Shown piece after piece: positions 39,320 to 48,401 of a DNA stretch of 64,000 nt. The stretch lies in the IMG/VR virus record IMGVR_UViG_3300025410_000018; one strand, given 5' to 3'. How positions within the stretch are numbered: position 1 is the stretch's first letter; each line of letters starts with the position of its first letter. A program made the position numbers and the translations under genes. This stretch comes from an uncultured virus (IMG/VR IMGVR_UViG_3300025410_000018) (taxonomy: Duplodnaviria; Heunggongvirae; Uroviricota; Caudoviricetes). Below the pieces are notes generated by a model, which saw only the letters and a program-made list of their open reading frames with translations, did no database searches and had not been told where the DNA came from.

Positions 39320-39922
39320 TCAAGACGTTGCAGTTGTACTATAGACAACACTTACAGTATCAAGTGCCGTAACCGCTTTAGCCACTGCAAAATTACCTTC
39401 TGAATATAGTGTACCAGCCGTTGAACTTTGTGTACTAACTGCACCTGAACCTGTTACCAAGAAGCATCCATAAACTGTTCCGCCACCACCAGTAATCGTA
39501 TAAGTAATCGCAGTAGCTGAAGATGTAGTCACGTTAGATGGGGTTGTTCCTGATGAAGTAGATGCAGCAAATACTGCTGTTCCACGAACTGCTGAACCAC
39601 CAACGGTATAGTTAGTAAACTCTGTCCATGTATGTGAAGCCATCGTATCGGTAGCTGCGAATGTTGTACTGTTACCAATCAAACCTAAAAACGGTCCAAC
39701 TGTCGTATATGTGCCTGATGTTCTTAATAGAGTATCCAGCATCAACTGTTTACCTACGGCTACGACTAAGTTAGGAAACTCTTCTGTCCACTTTAAATTA
39801 CCATCTTTATCACGGCATTCAACATGGTAGTATCCATCAACGCCCATTCCTTCAGGAATAATTGCATTTGCTTGTAAGGTTGCTACAGCGTTATCACCGC
39901 AGCTGGCTAATTCGTTTGTCAT
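39320..39922 (-). CDS. virion structural (tail) protein
   Basis: ECRDKDGNLKW...NLVV...GTLYS pattern, beta-rich. Confidence 0.6.
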   Translation of the reverse strand: MTNELASCGDNAVATLQANAIIPEGMGVDGYYHVECRDKDGNLKWTEEFPNLVVAVGKQLMLDTLLRTSGTYTTVGPFLGLIGNSTTFAATDTMASHTWTEFTNYTVGGSAVRGTAVFAASTSSGTTPSNVTTSSATAITYTITGGGGTVYGCFLVTGSGAVSTQSSTAGTLYSEGNFAVAKAVTALDTVSVVYSTTATS

Positions 39923-39930
39923 ATATGCTC

Positions 39931-40380
39931 CTATTGCAGTTGAATAATGGCGGTGGTTGCAGTCGCCGTTGGAAAAGTTACTGTAAATAAACCTGCCGAT
40001 GTTGATACTTTAGCAGATCCGAAGTCTAATGTACAGATAGCAGGATTTGTAACACCCCCAGCCGTACCGTTTAAATATATTAAAGCGCCATTTGCTACAA
40101 AATTAGCCCCAGTCCATGTAACCGGCGCAAAAGAAAGGAATGCAGTTGTGCTGTTAGCTGAAGATGTAGGTATTTGACTTATTGTTAAAGGGTTACCTCC
40201 AGCAGTATAGCCATTTCCAACAATCTCATTTGTACTTGTATACGCGGTTGTTGATGCATTTAGGTTAGCTAAAGACGTATAAAGCGCAATATAATAAGTT
40301 TGAGTTGTGCCTGTACCAAAGTTAAAGTTTCCGTTTAACAATCCTACTTTAAAAGAAGTGCAAGCTGTTTGAATTATCAT
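39931..40380 (-). CDS. virion structural (tail) protein
   Basis: CTSFK, IALYT, GYTAGG, GALIY, LDFG motifs. Confidence 0.65.
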   Translation of the reverse strand: MIIQTACTSFKVGLLNGNFNFGTGTTQTYYIALYTSLANLNASTTAYTSTNEIVGNGYTAGGNPLTISQIPTSSANSTTAFLSFAPVTWTGANFVANGALIYLNGTAGGVTNPAICTLDFGSAKVSTSAGLFTVTFPTATATTAIIQLQ

Positions 40381-41339
40381 GCCACAGTGTTGCCTTTAAT
40401 ATTAGTATTAAGTTTAGTTTGCCCATCTCGGTAACTATCACCTCTTTCCAGACCATCCCCAAGACGTTTAGCTAATCCAAGCGCTTCTTGGTATTTATCT
40501 TCATAATACTTAACAAGGTCTTGCTCACCTTTCATAAACAACATAGCTTCACGCATAGCACCGTATAAAAGAACAGGGTCAAAGTTATCACCAAGCCATG
40601 ATGTGCCTGTAGCGTTGTTGATTGATGTTACTGCTATTGAAAAACCTGAACCTGTGCCGCCAATATAAGAAGAAGATACAGTCAAAACATCACCTACAAC
40701 GTACATTGACCCACCGTTTTGTAGCGTAACAGAACTAACTATACCGCCTGTCACCACAATATCTGCCGTAGCATTTGCGCCTGAGCCATTAACTCCGTTT
40801 GTATAAGTTAGCGGTACGTTTGTATATACGCCCGTGGTATATAAAGAGCCGACAGAATAAGAAGCCACACTTAACAAAGTAATAATACCTTGCACAATTG
40901 AAGGTGGATAAAAGAAGTAATGCAGTTCTACAGGGTAACTTGTGTCAGGAGTAGGACCTAGAATACAAGACAGCTCATTTTGTAAGGTATATTGCGGTCC
41001 AAAAATAGAGTAATACTTTGGTAAACCATAATTAGCAGACCCCGGATTAGGGTAAGCTTCACGAATAAAGTTAACGTCTTTATTTAATAAATAATTATAG
41101 TTGCCAGAATTATCAACAACAGCAATAGAATAAGTAGACAACCAATCTAACGGAAGAGACAGATATTTATTACCAGCAGTTAAAGACCCCGTTACATTTC
41201 TACGCAACGATGGGAAGTTAATAGTATTAAATATACGCTCTTCTGCTTGCTGAATAAATACAGGAATATTGGCAACAAACAACGCCTCCGTATTTTCAGC
41301 ATACGCTTGAATCGTGTTAGATAATGTCTCGTAATTCAT
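40377..41339 (-). CDS. head-tail adaptor/tail tubular A-like protein with internal insertion
   Basis: FIQQAEERI, KDVNFIREAYP, GPTPD, LLYGAMREA..FMKGE; extra Gly/Thr/Val beta segment. Confidence 0.6.
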   Translation of the reverse strand: MNYETLSNTIQAYAENTEALFVANIPVFIQQAEERIFNTINFPSLRRNVTGSLTAGNKYLSLPLDWLSTYSIAVVDNSGNYNYLLNKDVNFIREAYPNPGSANYGLPKYYSIFGPQYTLQNELSCILGPTPDTSYPVELHYFFYPPSIVQGIITLLSVASYSVGSLYTTGVYTNVPLTYTNGVNGSGANATADIVVTGGIVSSVTLQNGGSMYVVGDVLTVSSSYIGGTGSGFSIAVTSINNATGTSWLGDNFDPVLLYGAMREAMLFMKGEQDLVKYYEDKYQEALGLAKRLGDGLERGDSYRDGQTKLNTNIKGNTVA

Positions 41340-41584
41340 TACGCCATCGGTCCTCTTGCTAACTTACCTTTAGTTTGTTTACTACGTCCGCGTACTTCAA
41401 TACCATCTGTTTTAACGCCTGCATATGGACCTTTATTAACATTGCCTACAGAAATATTCATTTTATTCATGTAGTCACGACCAGATTCAACAGACATTTC
41501 AGGTAAATCACCAGTTACTTCTTTACCAGACATCGTATGTGGCTTAGCATAAGCTTCTGCCGGTTTATTGTTAATTTTAGCCAT
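41339..41584 (-). CDS. small basic virion-associated protein
   Basis: KTDGIEVRG...KGKLARGPMA. Confidence 0.65.
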   Translation of the reverse strand: MAKINNKPAEAYAKPHTMSGKEVTGDLPEMSVESGRDYMNKMNISVGNVNKGPYAGVKTDGIEVRGRSKQTKGKLARGPMA

Positions 41585-41585
41585 G

Positions 41586-41741
41586 TTATTTACCTGCGCC
41601 TTTTAACTTAGTAGAACCAAACTGATTAATCAATTTAGAACGATTATGCCCGTTTGCAAGCATCTGTTCATTAGTCTTGCCGCCGCTAGTTTTTTTAACC
41701 GCTGTTGCGCCTGTTTGACTTTGTTCTTTTTTATCTTCCAT
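41586..41741 (-). CDS. 51-aa basic protein (not in ORF track)
   Basis: AAGGAG RBS; MEDKKEQ...KTSGGKTNEQM...GAGK*. Confidence 0.6.
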   Translation of the reverse strand: MEDKKEQSQTGATAVKKTSGGKTNEQMLANGHNRSKLINQFGSTKLKGAGK

Positions 41742-41751
41742 GTGTTACTCC

Positions 41752-42168
41752 TTAATTAATTGATACTGTTCCAATTACAACAACCGATATTAAATTATTT
41801 GGTGTTTCACCTAAATCGTACTTCATTCCTACAGGATTCCAACCCCATTGTATATCTCTACTACCGCTTGTTGGTGTTCCAGTTGCATTAATACTTATAC
41901 CATTTTGTTCAGTTATTTGCAAGCCATTTAAACCTGCTTGGTAATACGTTGTATCTGGTCTTGGTTCTCTAACAGCCTGTGGATCTTCGACTGGATACAT
42001 ACCTAATTGTAACTGAGGATGGTCAGGATCCCAACACTCAGGACAAACTTTTAAATCATATTTTTTAGTTTTAATTATCTCTTTTCTAAGAACGGACAAT
42101 TTAAACCTAAAACCACACCTATCGCACTGCGCAATCGCATATTTACCGGAAGAAAATTGATTAGGCAC
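41752..42168 (-). CDS. zinc-finger-like conserved protein
   Basis: CDRCG...VCPECWDPDHPQ...DPQAVREPRPD. Confidence 0.7.
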   Translation of the reverse strand: MPNQFSSGKYAIAQCDRCGFRFKLSVLRKEIIKTKKYDLKVCPECWDPDHPQLQLGMYPVEDPQAVREPRPDTTYYQAGLNGLQITEQNGISINATGTPTSGSRDIQWGWNPVGMKYDLGETPNNLISVVVIGTVSIN

Positions 42169-42178
42169 ACACTATCTC

Positions 42179-42931
42179 CTATTGAGCGATAAACTGTCTA
42201 CGTGGCACAAATCTAACAGGGGACTTATCCCTGTCTTCCGAAGAAGCTAAATCCCAAGCTTCATCATACTGTTGTTTTAAAACGCCGAGTCTTTGCTCTG
42301 CGCCTTCAATTTTTAAAGCTAAATAATATGCCAATCCAGCAGTCAAAGCGTTAAGCATACGAAAAGGTATATCAAACGTATTCACACCATTACCAGCGTC
42401 TTGTATACGACGTAATCTCCAGTAAACGAATGTATATGTTTGAGATCCATCAGGAGTGGGCCAAACGGTTATTTGAGGCGCATCTACGCCTGTTGTAGTA
42501 TCTGCATAACTTGGCTCATCTGTAAGCGGATATGTAGCCCCAGATTGCCTATTAACCCAAACTTGGATTGGTCTAGCTTGTTGTAACTTGTTAGGAATTG
42601 TTGCGTAAGTAGATACAGAAATACGTGAAATTGTTAAATCAGCTTGGTTGTTTTGTTGTCCCGCTTGTGTACGGATAACGTGTTCTAATAAATCTACTGT
42701 ATCTACAGGTAATGAGTATGTGTTAACACCTTGTTGTAAAACAATCTGACCTTGTTCAACAGTCCAAAGATTAACACCTCTATTTGCCCAATCAGCAAAT
42801 AACAAATTCATAGATCTACGCGCAGTACGTAAATCGTAACCAGACCTTAGCTGTGAGCCGCAACGCTCAAAAGCTTCCTCAACTATTTCAGTTAAGTCTA
42901 AGTTAAACGATTGACTGCCTGAAGTTGTCAT
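42179..42931 (-). CDS. head-tail adaptor/tail tubular A-like protein
   Basis: EEAFERCG...TARRSMN...WANRGVNLW...WPTPD...GLAYY; position after capsid block. Confidence 0.65.
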   Translation of the reverse strand: MTTSGSQSFNLDLTEIVEEAFERCGSQLRSGYDLRTARRSMNLLFADWANRGVNLWTVEQGQIVLQQGVNTYSLPVDTVDLLEHVIRTQAGQQNNQADLTISRISVSTYATIPNKLQQARPIQVWVNRQSGATYPLTDEPSYADTTTGVDAPQITVWPTPDGSQTYTFVYWRLRRIQDAGNGVNTFDIPFRMLNALTAGLAYYLALKIEGAEQRLGVLKQQYDEAWDLASSEDRDKSPVRFVPRRQFIAQ

Positions 42932-43176
42932 TTTTTAGCCGTTTTTGCTGAATTTATAAAATCTTGCTTGGAAGGAGAGCCTTTAGAACCGGGTTTACGC
43001 ATTTTTTCACCAGACCCCGCAGCCATCCTAGCACGTTTCTTATGAATATTTTCATAAAGTCCAACCTTTCCGCCTTTTTTAATGCCGGGGACAGGACCAC
43101 CTTCAGGTGGAGAATTATCTACCTGTTTTGGTAATTTTGAGGGTCTTACTGCACCCATACCCCGACTAGCACGCAT
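42928..43176 (-). CDS. small basic protein with IKKGG motif
   Basis: SRGMG, GLYENIHKKR...GSGEKMRKPGSKG. Confidence 0.7.
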   Translation of the reverse strand: MRASRGMGAVRPSKLPKQVDNSPPEGGPVPGIKKGGKVGLYENIHKKRARMAAGSGEKMRKPGSKGSPSKQDFINSAKTAKK

Positions 43177-43571
43177 TATTTATCGTGTCGTCCGTGTGTT
43201 GGTAAGCAACTATCGCCATGAGTCATTCCACCCTTAGCCATTCCACCGCCACACATCGCTTGTACGTGCTCGTGATGATGTTTAAAACCGCCACTATGCT
43301 TAGACATTTCTTCGTGATGATGTTTAGCAGACATACCGCCGTCATGCTCTTTTAAATGTGCTGCTACGTGTTCGTGATGATGTTTCATAATTTTACCGCC
43401 TCCTCTATAAGCATTACCCATTGCATCCATACGACCTTCGGTCATACCTTTAACAGCTGCTTCACCAGCATCTGCATTCTGTTTCTTGTATTTATCTACA
43501 AGTCTTTGTTCATACTCTTTACTAGCAGCATCGCCAGTTTTTTTGTTTTTCATCTGCCATTCGGTAGCCAT
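43176..43571 (-). CDS. histidine-rich small protein with GG motifs
   Basis: Three KHHHE repeats; YRGGG, MCGGG, MAKGG. Confidence 0.7.
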   Translation of the reverse strand: MATEWQMKNKKTGDAASKEYEQRLVDKYKKQNADAGEAAVKGMTEGRMDAMGNAYRGGGKIMKHHHEHVAAHLKEHDGGMSAKHHHEEMSKHSGGFKHHHEHVQAMCGGGMAKGGMTHGDSCLPTHGRHDK

Positions 43572-43573
43572 GA

Positions 43574-44098
43574 TTATTTGCCTTTACGAGCAATACCATA
43601 ACCACGTGTAGCTAAGCCACCAGCAGCCATCTTTTTCATTTTTTGAATACCCACTGAAGGACCTGAATCACCTAAATTTTTACCTTTAGTGTCGCCACGT
43701 TTTTCAACTTTGCTTTCACCAAAAGCTTTTAATTTATTTGAACCAGCTTCAACATCTTTAGCCATTGTGCGAGGACCCATGGTCTCAGCAACGCCGCCTT
43801 TAGCCATCTTTTTCATAGGCATCCCACCCTTCTTAAGTTTAGATAAATCTGTATGTTCGCCCTTGTGTTCTTGAGCGTCGTGCATTTTAAAAGCTTTCTT
43901 AACGATTGCTTTATCTTGTTTAATATCTTCTTTCATTGATTCTTTTTTCATAACTCCACCTTCTCTAAATTTTCTGCCTTTATCGGCTTTTTCAAAATCA
44001 CGACCAACAGATTGCGGTACGCCCTTTTTCTTTGCCATAGCAGGGTTATGAGCAATCATTTCCATAAAATTGTGTTGAGCTTGCGATTTACTTGGCAT
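43574..44098 (-). CDS. Lys/Met-rich basic protein with GG motifs
   Basis: MPSKSQAQHNFM; FREGG, LKKGG, MAKGG, MAAGG. Confidence 0.75.
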   Translation of the reverse strand: MPSKSQAQHNFMEMIAHNPAMAKKKGVPQSVGRDFEKADKGRKFREGGVMKKESMKEDIKQDKAIVKKAFKMHDAQEHKGEHTDLSKLKKGGMPMKKMAKGGVAETMGPRTMAKDVEAGSNKLKAFGESKVEKRGDTKGKNLGDSGPSVGIQKMKKMAAGGLATRGYGIARKGK

Positions 44099-44100
44099 TT

Positions 44101-44355
44101 TTATCTCGCAATAAGTTGGTTAATCTTGTCTTCAAGCTTGTTAAACCGTTGGTCAATATGGTCAAGAATTTTGTCAATCTCTGCTTGAGTGACGCTGTCT
44201 CTTGCAATTTCTTCACGGGTTCTGTTAAGTAAGATACTAAGACGCTGAATTTCATTGAATTTCTCCTTAAGGAAAAAACCTACAACTGCCATTACTATGG
44301 TAATGACAATGTTCCAAATCATTATGACTTCACGTATTTCCATTAGCATTTCCAC
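44101..44355 (-). CDS. membrane-anchored coiled-coil protein
   Basis: TM helix IWNIVITIVMAVVGFFL then LLNRTREEIARD. Confidence 0.7.
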   Translation of the reverse strand: MEMLMEIREVIMIWNIVITIVMAVVGFFLKEKFNEIQRLSILLNRTREEIARDSVTQAEIDKILDHIDQRFNKLEDKINQLIAR

Positions 44356-44603
44356 CTTGCTAAACTTGCTGCTTTACGCGTTGGTTTGCCATTCTCATCT
44401 TTCATTGGTCCGGGCATACCGCTCATTCTTGCGCAAAAAGACTTCTTACGAGGTCCACCTTCAGGCTGCGGGGCTTTTAAATTCGACCCAGTCGCTTTGT
44501 TATATTTTGCACGACCTTTAGCAGTAAGTCCAGCCCCTTTAGAAACCGGGAGTTTTTCGCCTCTTCCAACTGCAAGACTGGGTCCTTTCTTCTTAGTAGC
44601 CAC
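44343..44603 (-). CDS. conserved basic phage protein
   Basis: GLTAKGRAKYN...RKKSFCARMSG...SLARWKC. Confidence 0.75.
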   Translation of the reverse strand: MATKKKGPSLAVGRGEKLPVSKGAGLTAKGRAKYNKATGSNLKAPQPEGGPRKKSFCARMSGMPGPMKDENGKPTRKAASLARWKC

Positions 44604-44608
44604 ATTGA

Positions 44609-45118
44609 TTATCCATATTGAATTGTTTGGAATGAAATATTAGTCTCAACAACATATATACCCGTGTTTGCCAATACACCTTCACCGGAAAAAATAACTT
44701 GGAATGGTTGCACCGCTGTACCGGTATTGTATCCGACCATCCATCTACCAGTGCCAGAATAAATACAGCTTGTACCAGTCGCTATTGTTCCAGAGTTAAT
44801 ATCGGTAATAGTAAAAGTATTGGCATCTACAACAGTAATTACATAATTACCAGCAACAGGAGAAACTGCCGAAGCTGGACTGTATGTAATACCCACAATA
44901 TTGCCAGTAGATAGACCATGCGCTGTTGAAGTTATAGTAATGGTATTGCCGGAACGTCCATAAGTAGCATTAACTGGCGCTACAGTTGTATCAAACAAAT
45001 CAATACCGCCAGCCGTTCCTGTACCTAAATAAATTAAATTTTTAAGACGCGTACGCCCAAGAATTGCAAAACCACTGCCGCTAAAATGGGCCGATTTTAC
45101 ATCATATTGCATTGTCAT
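44609..45118 (-). CDS. virion structural protein with TITITSTAHGL beta insert
   Basis: MQYDVKS N-terminus; FCCH-like insert similar to those in the nozzle. Confidence 0.6.
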   Translation of the reverse strand: MTMQYDVKSAHFSGSGFAILGRTRLKNLIYLGTGTAGGIDLFDTTVAPVNATYGRSGNTITITSTAHGLSTGNIVGITYSPASAVSPVAGNYVITVVDANTFTITDINSGTIATGTSCIYSGTGRWMVGYNTGTAVQPFQVIFSGEGVLANTGIYVVETNISFQTIQYG

Positions 45119-45138
45119 AATTAATCTCCTTAGCTTTT

Positions 45139-45159
45139 AAAAAGGGAGCCGGAACTCCC
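45139..45159 (-). terminator. rho-independent terminator
   Basis: Minus strand GGGAG-TTCCGG-CTCCC-TTTTT. Confidence 0.6.
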
Positions 45160-45169
45160 AGAGAATTAA

Positions 45170-45871
45170 TTAATCAAAATTACCGTATGGGTAAGTTGTT
45201 GTTGTACCGATATTGTTATCAGGTTGGCTATATTGTAAAGTAAAGTTATAACGACCAGTAATACCAGTTGCACTTAATAAGTTAGTACCAACAATAGCAA
45301 CAGTAACAACAACTTGAGAAATATTAGGCTGTCCGTTAGCTTGTAAAATATCAGTACTTGTAGATGTCTGGTTAATAATTTGTGTACCAGTAAATGTAGC
45401 TAATGATTGACGACCAACCGCAGCAATAGCGCCAGTAGCAAAATATGTTGGTGTACCGCCAGCCGCTGTATAGTTATTAGATACATAAACTGTCTGTGAG
45501 CTAACCGCAGCAGTACCACCTGTAACAGCATATAAAGCAGCTACGTCAACATAAATATTATCTAAATCAGCGCCTGCTGGTACATACAAAACAGCGCCAC
45601 GATAAATATTTGTATTTGTGTCGGCAGGGATTGTTTGAGCTACTGAAGGATAAACAGAGCTAGATGGTTGATAAACAACACCGTTTAAGTTAGGGATTGT
45701 GTTAGAAGCAACAAAGTTTCCAGAAGTACCAGAATAAGTGTTTGTGCCTGATGTTGTATTAGAAAAGTCTAAATCTATGTTTTGTACTAATTGTGAGTAC
45801 CCGACGTTACGTAAAGCGCCAAAACGCTGGTCGCCCGATAGAATTGGTCCTTCAAAGGTTGCGCGTGCCAT
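45170..45871 (-). CDS. putative capsid decoration/structural protein
   Basis: MARATFEGPILSG start, beta-rich, own leader and terminator. Confidence 0.6.
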   Translation of the reverse strand: MARATFEGPILSGDQRFGALRNVGYSQLVQNIDLDFSNTTSGTNTYSGTSGNFVASNTIPNLNGVVYQPSSSVYPSVAQTIPADTNTNIYRGAVLYVPAGADLDNIYVDVAALYAVTGGTAAVSSQTVYVSNNYTAAGGTPTYFATGAIAAVGRQSLATFTGTQIINQTSTSTDILQANGQPNISQVVVTVAIVGTNLLSATGITGRYNFTLQYSQPDNNIGTTTTYPYGNFD

Positions 45872-45894
45872 ATTAAATTGTCCTTATGCAAAAG

Positions 45895-45957
45895 TTCACT
45901 TATACCAATCGTTGCATCGTCTGCTGGGGCAGTCCGGTATAAGAAATCACCCAGTTA
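45895..45957 (-). ncRNA. structured RNA with pseudoknot, candidate Mu-gpT-DE motif
   Basis: 8-bp stem 45899-45906/45936-45943 crossed by CTGGG/CCCAG pairing 45924-45928/45950-45954; downstream of a gpT-like capsid gene. Confidence 0.55.
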
Positions 45958-46015
45958 GTTAAAGTATACAACATTTTTAATTGCATGTAACATATTTTTG
46001 TGTAATATATTACAC

Positions 46016-46399
46016 ATGCCATATAAAGATCCTGCTGTTAGAAAACAAAAGCATAAAGAGTACTCTTCTAAGTACTATGAAGCTAATAAAGAAGCTTCTA
46101 AAAAACGTATTTCTGACAGAAAAAAAGAACGTAAAAAAGAATGGCAAGAATTTAAAAGTACATTAAGTTGTGCGCATTGTGGTGAAAACCATCCAGCTAC
46201 GTTTGACTTCCATCATGTTGAACGACACCCAGATAATAAAAAGGTAAGCAAACTATTACAAGGGCATAATTACGGGGCTGCTAGAAAAGAACTTAAAAAA
46301 TGTATTGTGTTATGTGCAAACTGCCACAGAAAAGTACATTATGCGGAAGAAAAAGCTGCTAAAGCTCTAAGGGATCAAACCCCAACTCCAAAGCTATAA
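46016..46399 (+). CDS. HNH endonuclease, opposite strand to the operon
   Basis: CAHCG...FDFHH...KCIVLCANCHRKVH. Confidence 0.85.
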   Translation: MPYKDPAVRKQKHKEYSSKYYEANKEASKKRISDRKKERKKEWQEFKSTLSCAHCGENHPATFDFHHVERHPDNKKVSKLLQGHNYGAARKELKKCIVLCANCHRKVHYAEEKAAKALRDQTPTPKL

Positions 46400-46703
46400 C
46401 CGTAGCTTTATATCTAAAATATGAGTCGTGCGCTGCGTATTTACTAGTCTTACCTCTAGTCATGTGTATAATTTCATGCGCTAGCGTTTTTATCAGTGTG
46501 TCCAAATGTCCACATTTAGCTTTGCTAATAGTTATCTCATGCATTTCTGTTTCATCGTTAAAAAGATACGTGCCAAGCGCATCTTCATCAGTAGTTACAG
46601 AAAAATTAATTTCTTCCGGGCATGGTAATTTCCACCCACTAAAAGGTTTAATGTTACACAACATTATGTAAACCGATTCAAGAACTTTAGGTGTAATTTG
46701 CAT
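46359..46703 (-). CDS. zincin-like (SprT-like) HExxH protein
   Basis: TLAHEIIH...AHD; start taken at MQITPK. Confidence 0.65.
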   Translation of the reverse strand: MQITPKVLESVYIMLCNIKPFSGWKLPCPEEINFSVTTDEDALGTYLFNDETEMHEITISKAKCGHLDTLIKTLAHEIIHMTRGKTSKYAAHDSYFRYKATVIALELGFDPLEL

Positions 46704-46769
46704 GATAAATATATCATACCGCAGAGATTGTGACATTGCATGCTATTTTTAAATGCTTGATTTATAAAG

Positions 46770-46795
46770 AAAAAACCCCGCCTTGTGAGCGGGGT
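46770..46795 (-). terminator. rho-independent terminator after major capsid gene
   Basis: Minus strand ACCCCGC-TCACAAG-GCGGGGT-TTTTT. Confidence 0.85.
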
Positions 46796-46816
46796 CTGTA
46801 CAACAGTGGGTAAAAC

Positions 46817-47740
46817 TTAGAATGAACCTGAAGATCCCCATGCGCCCAATGGATCTGACCATCCGAATGAATAACGCTCACGTGCTTTGTAACGTACGTT
46901 ACCAGTGTCGAAGTCGCCGTCCATAGATGTAGCCATAGGCATACGCTCAAAGTGCTTGAGACCGTTTGGAACATCAGTTAACAAGAACCATGCATTAACG
47001 TCTGTCAAGAAGTGGTTAACAGCGTAACCTTCAGGAACAGAACCGTTATTTACGATTGCGCTGATGTCGTTGTTGTTAGTACCAACACGGAGGTTAGTCT
47101 CTAATAAACGAGTAGCAACGAATTGTAATGCAGGTGGAATGATTAACTTACGTGGCTTAGCAGCGATCAATAGACCACGCTCATCTGTCCACGCAGCAAT
47201 TTGAATAACAGCATTTTCCAATGAAGTTTCGTTCAAATCAACTGGTGTAGTTGGAGCGTTAGAGTTTGTACCGCCGTTAACAGTTGGGTGTGCTGTACTG
47301 AATAAAGGTACACCGTCACCGCCGTTATACTGGTTGTTAGAACCAGAGATAAAGCCGTTATTTAAAACAGAAGCCGCTTTAACTTGCTTGGTATAAGCCA
47401 TAGCACGAGCAAGAGCTTTAGTATAACGAGCAGACAAAGAGTCATACAAGTTATCTTCAATCGCTTCTTCAGTGATTGAGAAACCTAAAGCAATAGTTTC
47501 GTGTGAGTAGCGAGCTGTAAAAGCTTCTTGCGCATTGTCATAAGCAATTTGTGCGCCTTCAGATTTTACTGGAGCAGCGGAGAAACCAGAAAGTTTGGTT
47601 TCTTCTTCGAATGAACGCTCAGATTTCTCTGTTTCGTACAATTCTTTATGCTCTTCGCCATAGCGTTTATACTCAAGACCAAACAAGGCATTGAGACCGG
47701 GGAGTAGCTCTTTTAGGAGCTGTGAACGTGAAATAGCCAT
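46817..47740 (-). CDS. major capsid protein (Mu gpT-like family)
   Basis: MAISRSQLLKELLPGLNALFG, GGDGVPLFS, DFDTGNVRYKARERYSFGWSD; strong RBS and terminator. Confidence 0.9.
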   Translation of the reverse strand: MAISRSQLLKELLPGLNALFGLEYKRYGEEHKELYETEKSERSFEEETKLSGFSAAPVKSEGAQIAYDNAQEAFTARYSHETIALGFSITEEAIEDNLYDSLSARYTKALARAMAYTKQVKAASVLNNGFISGSNNQYNGGDGVPLFSTAHPTVNGGTNSNAPTTPVDLNETSLENAVIQIAAWTDERGLLIAAKPRKLIIPPALQFVATRLLETNLRVGTNNNDISAIVNNGSVPEGYAVNHFLTDVNAWFLLTDVPNGLKHFERMPMATSMDGDFDTGNVRYKARERYSFGWSDPLGAWGSSGSF

Positions 47741-47755
47741 TTGTTAGCTCCTTAA

Positions 47756-48382
47756 TTAACTAGCAGTTGAGTTGTAATAGGCGTGAACACCGAAGTTCAG
47801 TTTAACGATACAGTCAGTGTAAGCGTCGCCCGGATTAGATGGGAAGTTACCACCAAATGTTGAAGACTCATTTACTAAGTCAACGATACGAACTGCATAT
47901 GTAGCGTTGCTGTTAGAGATTGAGCTTTGTAACAATTGGATAGTAGAGTTACCATAAGTAGCATTACCACCAAAGTTAGTCAACTGTGCATTAGAACCAA
48001 TGTTAGCAGCAGTAACAGAACCTGAAGCTTGAACTTGGAATAAAGCATCTGGATCATCCATAACACGAATAAAGATATTTGTGTAGCCAGAAGTTACAGC
48101 GTTAGCTGGTAAATACTGAGCATATAAAGGATAACCAAGCTGTTGACCAGCTAATTGATAACGAACACCTACGCAAACACCAATAGTACCAGCTGTGGTA
48201 GTTGTTGGGGTTGTTGTAACTGAACTAGGAACACCAGCAGCGATCTTTATCAAATCGCCAGAATACATTGCGGCAGAGTTGTTTGTTGTCAGTGCAATCT
48301 CACGAATAACACCTCCATTAAACGCCTGCCCACCGATCAAATTGATCGGCTTTAATCCATAAGGATTGGACGTAGTAGCCAT
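47756..48382 (-). CDS. putative head decoration/cement protein
   Basis: PYGLKPI, DDPDALFQVQ; immediately upstream of capsid gene. Confidence 0.65.
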   Translation of the reverse strand: MATTSNPYGLKPINLIGGQAFNGGVIREIALTTNNSAAMYSGDLIKIAAGVPSSVTTTPTTTTAGTIGVCVGVRYQLAGQQLGYPLYAQYLPANAVTSGYTNIFIRVMDDPDALFQVQASGSVTAANIGSNAQLTNFGGNATYGNSTIQLLQSSISNSNATYAVRIVDLVNESSTFGGNFPSNPGDAYTDCIVKLNFGVHAYYNSTAS

Positions 48383-48401
48383 TTAATTTCTCCAAAAAAG
48401 T

